DNA of 64,000 nucleotides, taken from NCBI GenBank assembly GCA_951406725.2, contig OX597824.1:82398001-82462000 (forward strand), in the 5' to 3' direction. Position 1 is the stretch's first letter, and each line of letters begins with the position of its first letter. The translations under genes were made by a program, and so were the position numbers. Below are positions 52,726 to 64,000 of the stretch, one piece after another. The notes beneath the pieces were generated by a model, which had not been told where the DNA came from, did not search any database, and saw only the letters and a program-made list of their open reading frames with translations. The stretch is from Octopus vulgaris (taxonomy: Eukaryota).

Positions 52726-53493
52726 AAGGCGGCGATCTGACAGAAACGTTCGCATGCCGAGCTTGCTAAGCGGTATTTCGTCTGCCGCTACGTTCTGAGT
52801 TCAAATTCCGCCGAGGTCGACTTTGCCTTTCATCCTTTCGGGGTCGATAAATTAAGTACCAGTTACGCACTGGGGTCGATGTCTGTCCTTGTTTGTCCCC
52901 TCTGTGTTTATCCCCTTGTGGGTAATAAAGAAATAGGTATTTCGTCTGCCGCTACGTTCTGAGTTCAAATTCCGCCGAGGTCGACTTTGCCTTTCATCCT
53001 TTCGGGGTCGATAAATTAAGTACCAGTTACGCACTGGGGTCGATGTCTGTCCTTGTTTGTCCCCTCTGTGTTTAGCCCCTTGTGGGTAATAAAGAAATAG
53101 GTATTTCGTCTGCCGCAAGTACCAGTCGATAAATTAAGTACCAGTTACGCACTGGGGGTCGATGCAATCGACTTAATACCTATGTCTGTCCTTGTTTGTC
53201 CCCTCTGTGTTTAGCCCCTTGTGGGTAATAAACGTTAGCATGCCGAGCTTGCTAAGCGGTATTTCGTCTGCCGCTACGTTCTGAGTTCAAATTCCGCCGA
53301 GGTCGACTTTGCCTTTCATCCTTTCGGGGTCGATAAATTAAGTACCAGTTACGCACTGGGGTCGATGCAAGTACCAGTCGATAAATTAAGTACCAGTTAC
53401 GCACTGGGGGTCGATGCAATCGACTTAATACCTATGTCTGTCCTTGTTTGTCCCCTCTGTGTTTAGCCCCTTGTGGGTAATAAACGTTAGCAT
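52726..53493 (+). mobile_element. SINE family D concatemer/rearranged array
   Basis: Junctions AAAGAAATA|GGTATTTCG and GGTAATA|AACGTTAGCA. Confidence 0.9.
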
Positions 53494-53524
53494 AAAAGGG
53501 CGCATTTATTTATTTATTTATTTA

Positions 53525-53670
53525 ATAGCACATCTGGTGATACGTGTGCAAATGAGTTGGTGATGCGTGCCTTCAAATGAGTTGTCTTTTATCTTTCCGC
53601 GATACACCATGCTTTTCAAATGCCCCCAAAGATAGAAATCAAGAGGGGTCAGATCAGGGGATCTAGGGGA
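53525..53670 (-). pseudogene. Tc1/mariner-superfamily transposase fragment
   Basis: PRSPDLTPLDFYLWGHLKSMVY; possible TIR CACCCTGTATA at ~54150 beyond the SINE. Confidence 0.8.
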
Positions 53671-53717
53671 TCTTACAAACTGTCTCATAAAAAAATTATT
53701 TTTTCCTATGTATGGAG

Positions 53718-54131
53718 ACTCTCTTTACTCTTTTACTCTTTTACTTGTTTCAGTCATTTGACTGCGGCCATGCTGGAGCACCACCTTTAGTCGAGCAAAT
53801 CGACCCCAGGACTTATTCTTTTTAAGCCCAGTACTTATTCTATCGGTCTCTGTTGCCGAACTGCTAAGTGACAGGGACGTAAACACACCAGCATCGGTTG
53901 TCAAGCAATGCTAGGGGGACAAACACAGACACACAAACATATACACACACACTTATATACATATATACGACAGGCTTCTTTCAGTTTCCGTCTACCAAAT
54001 CCACTCACAAGGCATTGGTCAGCCCGGGGCTATAGCAGAAGACACTTGCCCAAGGTGCCACACAGTGGGACTGAACCCGGAACCATGTGGTTGGTTAGCA
54101 AGCTACTTACCACACAGCCACTCCTGCACCT
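53718..54131 (-). mobile_element. SINE family B
   Basis: Full copy. Confidence 0.9.
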
Positions 54132-54280
54132 ATTGTTGAATCACCCTGTATATTCCCTTTAGAAAACGCAAGGACACGTCAGACAGCGTAGTTCCATCTA
54201 CACTAATATATGACAAAAAGCAAGGAAGGTCATGGCTGGAGTGTATTAGATCATAGGTCTACTACACCAGGTATTCTTTC

Positions 54281-54919
54281 TTTTTCCTTTACTGCCCCCA
54301 CAAGGGACTACACACAGAGGGAACAAACAAGGACAGACAAAGTGATTTAGTCGATTATATCGACCCCAGTTCGTAACTGGTACTTAATTTATCCACCCCG
54401 AAAGGATGAAAGGCAAAGTCGACCTTGGTGGAATGTGAACTCAGAACGTAACAGCAGACGAAATACCTATTTCTTTACTGCCCACAATGGGCTAAACACA
54501 GACAGGACAAACAAGGACAGACAGACGAATTAAGTCGATTACATCGACCCCAGTGTGTAACTGGTACTTAATTTATCCACCCCGAAAGGATGAAAGGCAA
54601 AGTTGACCTTGGCGGAATTTGAACTCAGAACGTAGAGGCAGAGGATATACGGCTAAGCATTTCCCCCATCGTTCTAACGTTTCTTATTTCTTTATTGCCC
54701 ACAAGTGGCTAAACATAGAGGGGACAAACAAGGACAGACAAAGGGATTTAGTCGATTACATCGACCCCAGTGCATAACTGGTACTTAATTTATCGACTCC
54801 GAAAGGATGAACGGTAAAGTCGACCTCGGCGGAATTTGAGCTCAGAACGTAACGGCAAACGAAATAGCGCTAAGCATTTCCCCACAGGCGTGCTAACGGT
54901 TCTGCCAGCTCGCCGCCTT
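54281..54919 (-). mobile_element. SINE family D trimer
   Basis: Three units bounded by one 17-bp TSD ACACCA(G/A)GTATTCTTTC (54264-54280 / 54923-54939). Confidence 0.9.
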
Positions 54920-55214
54920 CACACACCAAGTATTCTTTCGTTGACTCATAATTAACGTTCCAGTACCGGGAGCCGAACCAGCACCGACCGACCGAAAGAT
55001 GAAAGTCAGGATTTTTAAGACACATGATGGCATTCTTGAAGTATTAGTGACGGTATGTTGTTTTCGTTGTTATTCTTGTTGTCATTGCTGCTGTTGCTGC
55101 TGCTGTTGCTGCTGCTGCTGGTGTTGTTGTTTGTTATTGTTGTTGTTGTTGTTTTTTTTTGGTTGTTGTTATTGTTGTTGCAGTTGCTTTTCTCTTCAAG
55201 CCTGCTTTAACAAA

Positions 55215-56813
55215 CAGAGGTGGTGGCGGCGGCGGTGGTGGTGGTAGTGGTCGTGAAGATGATCGTAGCAATGGTAACGGTGGTAGTGGTGGTGGCGGTA
55301 GTGGTGGTGGAGGTGGTAGTGGTGGTGGCGGTGGCGGCGGTGGTGGTGATGATGGTGGTGGAGCGGTAGTAATGGTGGCGGTGGTGGTGGTGGTGATGGT
55401 GGAGGTGGTGGCGGTGATGGTGGTGGTGATGGTGGTGGAGCGGTAGTAATGGTGGTGGTGATGGTGGTGGCGGTGGTGGCAGTGGTGGTGAAGATGATCG
55501 TAGCAACGGTAACGGTGGTGGTGGTGTTAATGGTGGCGGCGGTGATGGTGGTGGTGGTGGCGGTGGTAGTGGTGGTGGTGGTGTTAATGGTGGCGGCGGT
55601 GATGGTGTTGGTGGTGGCGGTGGTAGTGGTGGTGGTGATGGTAACTGCGGTGATGGTGGTGGTGGCGGCGGCGCAGTTAATAATTGCGACTGTTATGATG
55701 GTTGTAATCACCGCAGTCGTGTTGGCAATGCTCTGTGGCAACGACCGTTTCAGCAGTAATGGTGAGATTGTCGTGGTTGAAGTAGTGGTGGTGGTGGTGG
55801 CCATGGTCATGGTGGGGGATGACGGTTGCAATGGCAGTGACGGTGGTATGGGGGATGAAGGTTTTGAATACACATTGCAATACGAGAATACACATTGACC
55901 TTCGTAGCGGTGGCGGATGTTGATTTGATGACCATTGAAGTGGTGGTGTTGATAATGGTATGTGTGCGGGGTGGAGGGTGAAGGGAAACCGTGATGATTG
56001 TGGTGATAGTGGTGGTAATGGTGGCGGTAGCGGTGGTGGTGGTGGTGGTGGTGGTGGTGGTGGTGGTGGTGGTGGTGGCGGTAGGGGTGGTGGTGTTGGT
56101 GGTGGTGGTGGTCGTGGTGGTGGTGGTGGTAATGGTGGCGGTAGCAGTGGTGGTGGTGGTGGTGGTGGTGGTGGTGGTAATGGTGGCGGTGGTGGTGATG
56201 GTGGTGGTGGTGGTGGTGTTGGTGTTGGTGTTGTTGGTGGTGGTGGTGGTAATGGTGGCGGTTGCGGTGGTGGTGGTGGTGGTGGTGGTGGTAGCGGTGG
56301 TGGTGATAGTGATGGTGGTGGTGGTGGTGGTGGTGGTGGTGGTGGTGGTGGTGGTGGTGGTGGTGGTGGTGGTGGTGGTGGTGGTAATGGTGGCGGTGGT
56401 GGTGATGGTGGTGGTGGTGGTGGTGTTGGTGTTGGTGTTGGTGTTGGTGTTGGTGGTGGTGGTGGTGATAGTAATGATAGTAGTAGTAGTAGTAATGATT
56501 ATGTTGGCAATAGTGACCGTGGTGGAGATGATGATGATGATGATGATGATGATAAGGAAGATGGCTGAAGATTGCCCTTCGAAGTCGTGGTGGAGCTGAG
56601 CCGGTGATAAAGGCCGTTATTAGCTGTAGTGGCGACGGCGGCGCAGAAAGAGTGATCACAGTAGTAGTAGTAGTGGTGGTGGTGGTGGTGGTGGTCGTCG
56701 TCGTCGTCGTAGTTGTAGTGGTGGTGGTGGTGGTCGTCGTCGTCGTCGTAGTAGTGGTGGTGGTGGTAGTCGTGGTGGTAGTTGTGGTGGTGGTGGTCAT
56801 CGTCGTCGTCGTC

Positions 56814-56854
<41 letters not shown>

Positions 56855-57017
56855 GGTGGTGTTGGTGGTGGTGGCGGTCGTCGTCGTCGTCGTCGTAGTA
56901 GTGGTGGTGGTGGTGGTGGTGTTGGTGGTGGTGGCGGTCGTCGTCGTCGTCGTCGTAGTAGTGGCGGTTGTGGTAGTCGTGGTGGTGGTGGTGGTCATCG
57001 TCGTCGTCGTCGTCGTC

Positions 57018-57053
<36 letters not shown>

Positions 57054-57223
57054 TAGCAGTAGTGGTGATGATGGTGGTCGTCGTCGTCGTCGTCGTCGTC
57101 GTAGTTGTAGTGGTGGTGGTTGTGGTGGTGGTCATCGTCGTCGTCGTAGTAATAGAAGTAGTGGTGGTGATGGAGGTCGTGGTAGTGGTGGTGGTCATCG
57201 TCGTCGTCGTCGTCGTCGTCGTC

Positions 57224-57274
<51 letters not shown>

Positions 57275-57320
57275 TAGCAGTAGTGGTGATGATGGTGGTG
57301 GTGGTGGTGGTAGTGGTGAC
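55215..57320. repeat. (GGT)n/(GTC)n/(GTA)n low-complexity block
   Basis: Explains the 708 aa poly-H/T ORF. Confidence 0.9.
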
Positions 57321-57883
57321 ATTGTTAATAATGGCGGTAGTAAAGTCGAACGTAGCGGGAATGGCTGTTGCGGCCGTCTTTGAGTTTGTCGTAATTAATA
57401 GCTGCCGTGAGGCAGGTGCAGTATCTTAAATCACACACATTCTCTTAATATGAGCTCAATGCTAATACGATGTGTGCTGCTTTGCAATGTTACTTTGTTT
57501 GCTAATATAAGAGTCTTATGTTATAAGCTCACGTCTTGTGTTCAGTGTGTGTCTATGCTATGCGGCGGCGCCGGTCGCCCAGTTGGCATACCGCCTGTCT
57601 CGGCTCAATGCCCGACATATTTTACAACATACGACGTAAGTGCATCGATTGATCGAGAAAAGATAGAAACGTGGAAACAATGAATATATATATATAACGA
57701 ATGTTTTCTGCGTTTGTTTTCCAATATAACCGACTCTTGATAATAGTTTTCTCATTAACAACAACACCCGAACGAATACAGACAGCTTCTAAATCATCGC
57801 TCGATTTGCCAGAAATAGCAATAAGATATCTTCCGAACAACAAGGGGATAGTATCTCCCTATTTTAATATAATTATAATATTC

Positions 57884-58270
57884 AGGCGTAGGGGTGGCTG
57901 TGTGGTAAGTAGCTTGCTTGCCAACCGCATGGTTCCGGGTTCAGTCCCACTGCGTGACACCTTGGGCAAGTGCCTTCTACTATAGCCACGGGCCGACCAA
58001 AGCCTTGTGAGTGGATTTGGTATACGGAAACTGAAAGAAGCCCGTCGTATATATGTATGTGTGTGTGTGTGTGTTTGTCCCCCTAGCATTGCTTGACAAC
58101 CGATGCTGGTGTGTTAATGTGCCCCCGTAACTTAGCGGTTCGGCAAAAGAGACCGATAGAATATGTACTAGGCTTACAAAGAATAAGTCCTGGGGTTGAT
58201 TTGCTCGACTAAAGGCGGTGCTCCAGCATGGCCACAGTCAAATGACTGAAACAAGTAAAAGAGTAAAAGA
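57884..58270 (+). mobile_element. SINE family B flanked by a ~150 bp direct duplication
   Basis: 57699-57850 is repeated at 58271-58425. Confidence 0.85.
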
Positions 58271-58513
58271 GAATGTTTTCTGCGTTTGTTTTCCAATATG
58301 ACCGACGCTTGATAATAGTTTTCTCATTAACAACAACACCCGAACGAATACAGACAGCTTCTAAGTAAATCATCACTCGATTTGCCAGAAATAGCAATAA
58401 GATATCTTCCGAACAACAAGGAGATTGAACAGTAACTCTATTTTAATTATTTTAGTTATTTATTAATTGTAATTTTTTTTAACCAAAAAATGGATATGAG
58501 AGGAAAGCTTTAT

Positions 58514-58780
58514 TTAAAATTTGATTTGGGTTCCAGATGTCACCAACAGCTTTTTGAGTCGCCCAGGAATTGCGTCAACTGATTTCACCAGAAACTCTTG
58601 TAGGATGGAAGAAGACATAACTTCTCATATTCACCCTTCCAGTTCTTCCAAAGTCTTTGGTTTGGTACAGTAGACTTGTTCCTTTAACCAACCCCAAGAA
58701 AAGAAGTCATAGGTTGTTAAGTTGGGATTTCTGGCTGGCCACTCATGTGGACAACAATGACCCATCCATCTCCTGGGCAT
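58514..58780 (-). pseudogene. Tc1/mariner-superfamily transposase C-terminal fragment
   Basis: EWPARNPNLTTYDFFSWGWLKEQVYCTKPKTLEELE, with stops. Confidence 0.8.
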
Positions 58781-58939
58781 TCAGTCATTTGTGAATGACA
58801 AGAGCAATACAATTAAGGAACAAATTCTCATACTTCAAAAAACAAACACAAAAATATCGAGAAAAAAATTACTATTAATAAATATATCATTTACATTATT
58901 TACATTTGACGGATATTTGTCCTCATCTTGTTTCTTTTT

Positions 58940-58985
58940 AACACAACGTTTCGACTGATATACCCTCCAGCCTTCATCAGGTGTC
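58940..58985 (-). ncRNA. minimal type I hammerhead (loop-less stem III)
   Basis: GACAC CTGATGA A GGCTG GAGGGTATAT CAGTC GAAAC GTT GTGTT. Confidence 0.7.
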
Positions 58986-59034
58986 TTGGGGAAATTTCGA
59001 ACCTGGGTTCTCATTCCTAAGGTATGACCTGAAC

Positions 59035-59079
<45 letters not shown>

Positions 59080-59197
59080 TAATTCTGGTTTATTGGCCAC
59101 AAGGGCTAACATAAATTACGAAAAACATGTAAGGACAAATACAGGATGAAATGTACAAAGGGTTTTGTCCGAAAGAAAGGTCCGAAATTTCCCCCAA

Positions 59198-59243
59198 GAC
59201 ACCTGATGAAGGCTGGAGGGTATATCAGCCGAAATGTTGCGTT
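59198..59243 (+). ncRNA. minimal type I hammerhead, inverted partner copy
   Basis: GACAC CTGATGA A GGCTG GAGGGTATAT CAGCC GAAAT GTT GCGTT; arms 58892-59003 / 59180-59291. Confidence 0.65.
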
Positions 59244-59647
59244 AACAACAAACAAGATGAGGACAAGTATCCGTCAAACGTAAATAACGTACATAATTCC
59301 TCGTCTCTTAAATATAGAACTGAATTAATGAACAATTTATAAGTATTTTAAAATAGGGAATCACTTTTCTGTCACTCTGTATATCGACCGGATAAAGAGA
59401 AATGGGAACAAGGTTTTTTTTTTGTTTTTGTATCTGCGTTTGTCTAGCAAAGGACATGGAGGGCATCAGCATCTGTGTTTCTCTACTTGCATTGTTCCAC
59501 GTTTCATTTCGATCTTCCAAAATAGATAAATAAATAAGCCGATAAACAAATTACGCATTCTTCCATAAAGATATTACGTGTCTGTATACTTGTTCCACGT
59601 CCTCGCGTTGTTGTGTTTTCTCTTTGTGTTTTCATGTTTGGATTAAC

Positions 59648-59735
<88 letters not shown>

Positions 59736-59768
59736 GAAAAAAAGTAAAGATAGAAAATGCTAAAATAA

Positions 59769-59810
59769 TTTCAGTACCGGTTTCAGTCATTAATACTTTT
59801 TCAACTGTAA
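59769..59810 (-). ncRNA. minimal hammerhead with U3-A8 core
   Basis: TTACAG TTGAAAA AGT ATTAATG ACT GAAAC CG GTA CTGAAA. Confidence 0.6.
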
Positions 59811-60136
59811 GTATGGAAAAAAAAAAATTAAATTTGGGAAAAAATTAAAAGAAAAGTATTGTTTAAAAGAATATTTGTATAGTGTTCAAATACAAGTAGC
59901 ATTTTCCTTGTTTCTGCCTGTTTCTCTCTCTCATGTTTAGTCTCGTGGGTTCGAGGTCGTTGTGAATGCTTGGTAGAGAAGAAGGAAAAGAAGAAGAAGA
60001 AGAAGAAGAAGAAGAAGAAGAAGAAGAATGTGGGAGTGCCATGACAGTAGTATCAGTAGTATATTAAATGGTCAACTGCCCTCTGTGGACGGTAGTAGAA
60101 TGATTAAGTGACCACTGTGGGTGGTAGTAGTACTGG

Positions 60137-60237
<101 letters not shown>

Positions 60238-60353
60238 GTATGTGTGTGTGTGTGTGTGTGTAGCTGAAATTTACAAAAAAAAAATGAAAGACGAAGACAG
60301 GTGTATAAGCGACAAGCAGGTGTATTAGTTTAACGTGCGGGAAAGTGAGAAAG

Positions 60354-60391
60354 CCTTTTACGTTTCGAGTCTACATTCTTCAACAGAAAGG
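60354..60391 (-). ncRNA. minimal hammerhead-like motif with CTGTTGA core (family of 23057; element ~60262-60590)
   Basis: CCTTT CTGTTGA A GAAT GTAG ACTC GAAAC GTA AAAGG. Confidence 0.55.
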
Positions 60392-60608
60392 AACACGAGG
60401 AAATAAACAGAGAGGGAATAAAAAAAAACTTGTGGATTTAGCGGTCAACCATGGTGTCTGATTGGAAAAATGTATACGGACTGGAGAGCTAGGAAGAAGG
60501 GAGATAATAAAGTACTGGTGATCCCAAAATGAAGGTGCGCGTGCGTGTATGTATGTGAGAGTGTGTAAGTGTGGATAGGGGCTGGTAACATTGAATTATA
60601 TATATATA

Positions 60609-60659
<51 letters not shown>

Positions 60660-61264
60660 ATTTTCACTAATATTTTGTTTAAAGTTTTTGCCACTTGTTA
60701 TTTATTGTTGCCAGACCCCACTTTCAGAAGCACTGCACTACATGGTTGTGAAAAGTAACAGAAATTGTAACCAAATGTCTCTCGATCTACACCGCTTAGA
60801 CAAAAGAGAATGGAAGCATATGTATCTTATTTATTTATTGCGTTTGTTTGCCAATATGGCTGTTTCATAACATTTTTCCAACGTATCTTCAACAAGAGGT
60901 CACAGACAGAGTGAATCTCCCCACATTAAATCGCACAGCTAGAAATAGCAACCAATTAATCCTCCACCCTCTCCTATCGCACGTTACTTGTCTTACAATA
61001 GAACGAAAGTGTAATTAGTCATAAATACACAATGTCTGTGAATGAAAGAAGAAAGGATGTCACAGCTGGAATGTCTCTGAACGTACGTTTGTTCGATTAA
61101 GTCTGGTTTGCGTCCAAACAAAAAACAACAACAGCGCTTGCATAAAAACTTTACATTCAGATACACACGCTCAGAAATAGACATAAATGAAAAGTATATT
61201 GGAATACGTAGACACAATTAAAGAAGACACATCATGTCTTCTTTCTCCTCCTCTCCTTCCTTTC

Positions 61265-61303
<39 letters not shown>

Positions 61304-61397
61304 TAGCTCCAAACGCCTATACGAGGGGTTCTCTCCAGGCTAATAACGCAGTATTGGGTGTTCGAATAAAACATCCCCGTTAACTTGGATATAAAGA

Positions 61398-63782
61398 TTG
61401 CTTTTGATACTAATACTGGTTCCGTTGCTAATAATTTGTTGTGCGTGTATCTATATATCATGTTATATATACAAATTATGTTTTGTACACACACACACAT
61501 GTATGCATCTATCTATCTATCTGTCTATCTATCTATTTATCCATATATATATATATCTACCATCCTCCACACACCATCATAAACTGCGAGCAGGGTACAA
61601 ATTGTTGTCCTTAAATGCTCGCAGTTTATGCAACAAAATACATTTGTTCAACGCCTACGTCAGAAGTGTTGACCCTGACTTCATCACTGTCACGGAAACA
61701 TGGGCGCATTCCTTACTCTGTGATGGGGTTTTCAACATCACGGGGTACAACCTCTTCCGTAAGGACCGCACTAACCGCCGTGGTGGTGGTGTGATGGTCT
61801 ACGTTCGTTCAAATTTTTTGGTAATTCCTTGTGCCGATTTGAACGAATCACAAGAAGAAGTTTTTTTCTGTGACGTACGTATGACCATGTCAACACTCCT
61901 GCTTGGCGTTGTTTATCGTCCCCCAAATTACCATCGGGACACACAGCTTTGCAACATCCTCCGAGCTGCAGCCAGGAAAACAGCCACTTATGTGTTTATT
62001 GCAGGCGATTTCAATCATCCTGAGATCGATTGGGAAACCTTCCGTTGGCCACAGAGTGCAAACGATTTTGTTGAGCTTGTGCTGGACTCAAACTGGTCAC
62101 GAGTAGTCACCTCTCCAACAAGAGGCGACAACACCTTGGACCTGCTCTTCACCACAACTCCTGAAGCGGTTATCAATTGCACTACGGAGGAACCTCTAGG
62201 TGACTCTGATCATGCTATGATCATCGCCAATCTGGCTCTTGCGGGCAACAAACACCTGAACCATCTCCAATCTGCTTCCTTCGATTGGAAGAGAGCAGAT
62301 TGGAACCTGTACCACACTGAACTACAGCACCCAAACTGGCGTGAATTCTACAACTCTGGAGATGTGAATACTATACTCCAGAGTATCCTGGACTCAATAT
62401 GGGCAGCATGTGCAGCATCAGTGCCACGTAAACAAAAAAAGAAGAACCGCCCCAAAAGGGCAATTTGGGAAACTTCAGCGGTCCGACTTGCCAGGAAGGA
62501 ACGTCGGACTGCTGAACAGGAATACAAGTTGCATAAATCAGACACCAACAGGAAGAAGCGGAATAAATCCTCCAACCATCTCAAGGAAGTGACAAAAAAT
62601 GCAGTGCTTGAATTTGAACAGTGCATAGCAGCCAATCCTGACAGCAAGGTTTTCTGGAAATATGTGCATTCAAAGCAGAGACCTCACTCTCCAGTGGGCC
62701 CTCTTCGCAACCCTCACACGAACCAGATCACTGACGACCCCAAGGAATGCGCAGAACTCATTGCCGAGTGCTATGCAAACATATTCACTGTCGAAAGTCA
62801 AAATGTACCATCTTCACCATCACTAACAGCAAACTCCATAACAACTATGGAATTTACACCTGCAATGCTGCGACGTCACCTTCAAAATAAGCGCAACTAT
62901 GCCTCCCCTGGTCTCGATGGAGTTACATACCTGCTTCTCAAACGTGGTAGGCACTTCCTTTTACACCAGCTTTCTATTTTCTTCCAGTACTGTCTCAACA
63001 ATGGTGCTACTCCGGAGCAGTGGAAAACTGCCAGTGTCATTCCTCTGTTCAAAAAGAGTGACCGCACATCACCTGTCAACTATCGCCCAGTCAGTCTCAC
63101 TAGCTGTATTGCAAAACTGATGGAATCGTGTGTCAGAGAAACACTCTGGAACTTCTGGAGCTCTCACAGTCTCATCCGACCCTCACAATATGGATTTGTC
63201 CCTAACTCCAGCTGCAGTGACCAGCTTGTCGAGTTCCTTGAGGACATTACTCAGATCACTGACAGTGGCTCATGGGTGGATGTTGTCTACCTTGACTTTG
63301 CTAAGGCTTTCAACTCTGTGCCACACAAAAGGCTTATGGTGAAACTCTCTGCAATGGGTGTGGGGGATGACCTTTTTAACTGGTTGAAATCTTTCATCCT
63401 CAGCCGAAGGGAGGTAGTCACAGTTCTAGGACAGCACTCTACACCATATGAGATGTCATCGGGTGTACCACAGGGATCTGTCCTTGGTCCCCTCCTGTTT
63501 GTGGCATACATTAATGACATAGATGCCAATTTAAAGAATGCCACAGTATTGAAATATGCAGACGACATCAAGCTGTACCTTGAAATCAAGAGGACTGATC
63601 CTGATGTCTACAACTCTTTCCTGCAATCAGACCTAGACACAATGCAGCAATGGATCACAGACTGGCAACTGAAACTGGCTGTGGACAAGTGTACCACCAT
63701 GCATTTTGGGAGAAAAAACCTGCGTCCACATACTCCCTTCACAACACTGATATCAAGAAATCCTCTTGCGAGCGTGACCTAG
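61398..63782 (+). CDS. LINE ORF2 endonuclease-reverse transcriptase (real homology starts ~61590; frameshift ~63720)
   Basis: Motifs LNARS, VTETW, GGGV, VYRPP, GDFN, SDH; NYRPVSLTS, QYGF, YLDFAKAF, GVPQGSVLGP, YADD (63555-63566). A shifted frame continues ERDLGI..RPHLEFASSVWNPY. Confidence 0.9.
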   Translation: MLLILILVPLLIICCACIYISCYIYKLCFVHTHTCMHLSIYLSIYLFIHIYIYLPSSTHHHKLRAGYKLLSLNARSLCNKIHLFNAYVRSVDPDFITVTETWAHSLLCDGVFNITGYNLFRKDRTNRRGGGVMVYVRSNFLVIPCADLNESQEEVFFCDVRMTMSTLLLGVVYRPPNYHRDTQLCNILRAAARKTATYVFIAGDFNHPEIDWETFRWPQSANDFVELVLDSNWSRVVTSPTRGDNTLDLLFTTTPEAVINCTTEEPLGDSDHAMIIANLALAGNKHLNHLQSASFDWKRADWNLYHTELQHPNWREFYNSGDVNTILQSILDSIWAACAASVPRKQKKKNRPKRAIWETSAVRLARKERRTAEQEYKLHKSDTNRKKRNKSSNHLKEVTKNAVLEFEQCIAANPDSKVFWKYVHSKQRPHSPVGPLRNPHTNQITDDPKECAELIAECYANIFTVESQNVPSSPSLTANSITTMEFTPAMLRRHLQNKRNYASPGLDGVTYLLLKRGRHFLLHQLSIFFQYCLNNGATPEQWKTASVIPLFKKSDRTSPVNYRPVSLTSCIAKLMESCVRETLWNFWSSHSLIRPSQYGFVPNSSCSDQLVEFLEDITQITDSGSWVDVVYLDFAKAFNSVPHKRLMVKLSAMGVGDDLFNWLKSFILSRREVVTVLGQHSTPYEMSSGVPQGSVLGPLLFVAYINDIDANLKNATVLKYADDIKLYLEIKRTDPDVYNSFLQSDLDTMQQWITDWQLKLAVDKCTTMHFGRKNLRPHTPFTTLISRNPLASVT

Positions 63783-64000
63783 GCATCACTGTCAGCAGTG
63801 ATTTGCGTTGGACAAAGCATATCTCTAAAATTGTCAAGAAGGCCGAGGGTGTCTTGGCATCACTCAGCAAGACTTTTGTTAGCCGCTCTCCAGCCATCTA
63901 TTTAAAACTGTATACAGCTATGGTACGACCACACTTGGAATTCGCATCATCAGTTTGGAATCCCTATCTTGCTCAGAACATTGACCTCCTGGAATCTGTC
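61570..64000 (+). mobile_element. CR1-clade LINE, 5'-truncated at the ORF2 start, runs off the window
   Basis: APE endonuclease plus RT ORF; no ORF1 seen upstream. Confidence 0.9.

Noticed and set aside
55196-57322. 708 aa His/Thr-rich ORF and similar poly-amino-acid ORFs
   Set aside because: Translation of trinucleotide microsatellites; several frames on both strands are open.

Overview
Eukaryotic, extremely repeat-rich non-coding DNA. The SINE families and microsatellite density look like an octopus (coleoid cephalopod) genome; this is an inference. No intact host gene is visible, and almost all ORF-track calls are microsatellite or SINE artefacts. The window holds four tRNA-derived SINE families (labelled A-D here), a nearly intact CR1-clade LINE ORF2 running off the right end, and RTE, Dong/R4 and Penelope (PLE) remnants. 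It also holds mariner/Tc1, hAT, Merlin, piggyBac and Helitron/Helentron relics. The most striking signal is about 20 full or partial type I hammerhead ribozyme motifs (about a dozen of them complete or nearly so). They sit mostly in short inverted-repeat modules next to microsatellites, and include variant cores (U3-A8 TTGAAAA; CTGTNGA) and loop-less, probably dimer-dependent stem IIIs. Other notable items are a SINE family that appears to insert into its own head, a ~3.9 kb palindrome, and close inverted SINE pairs.
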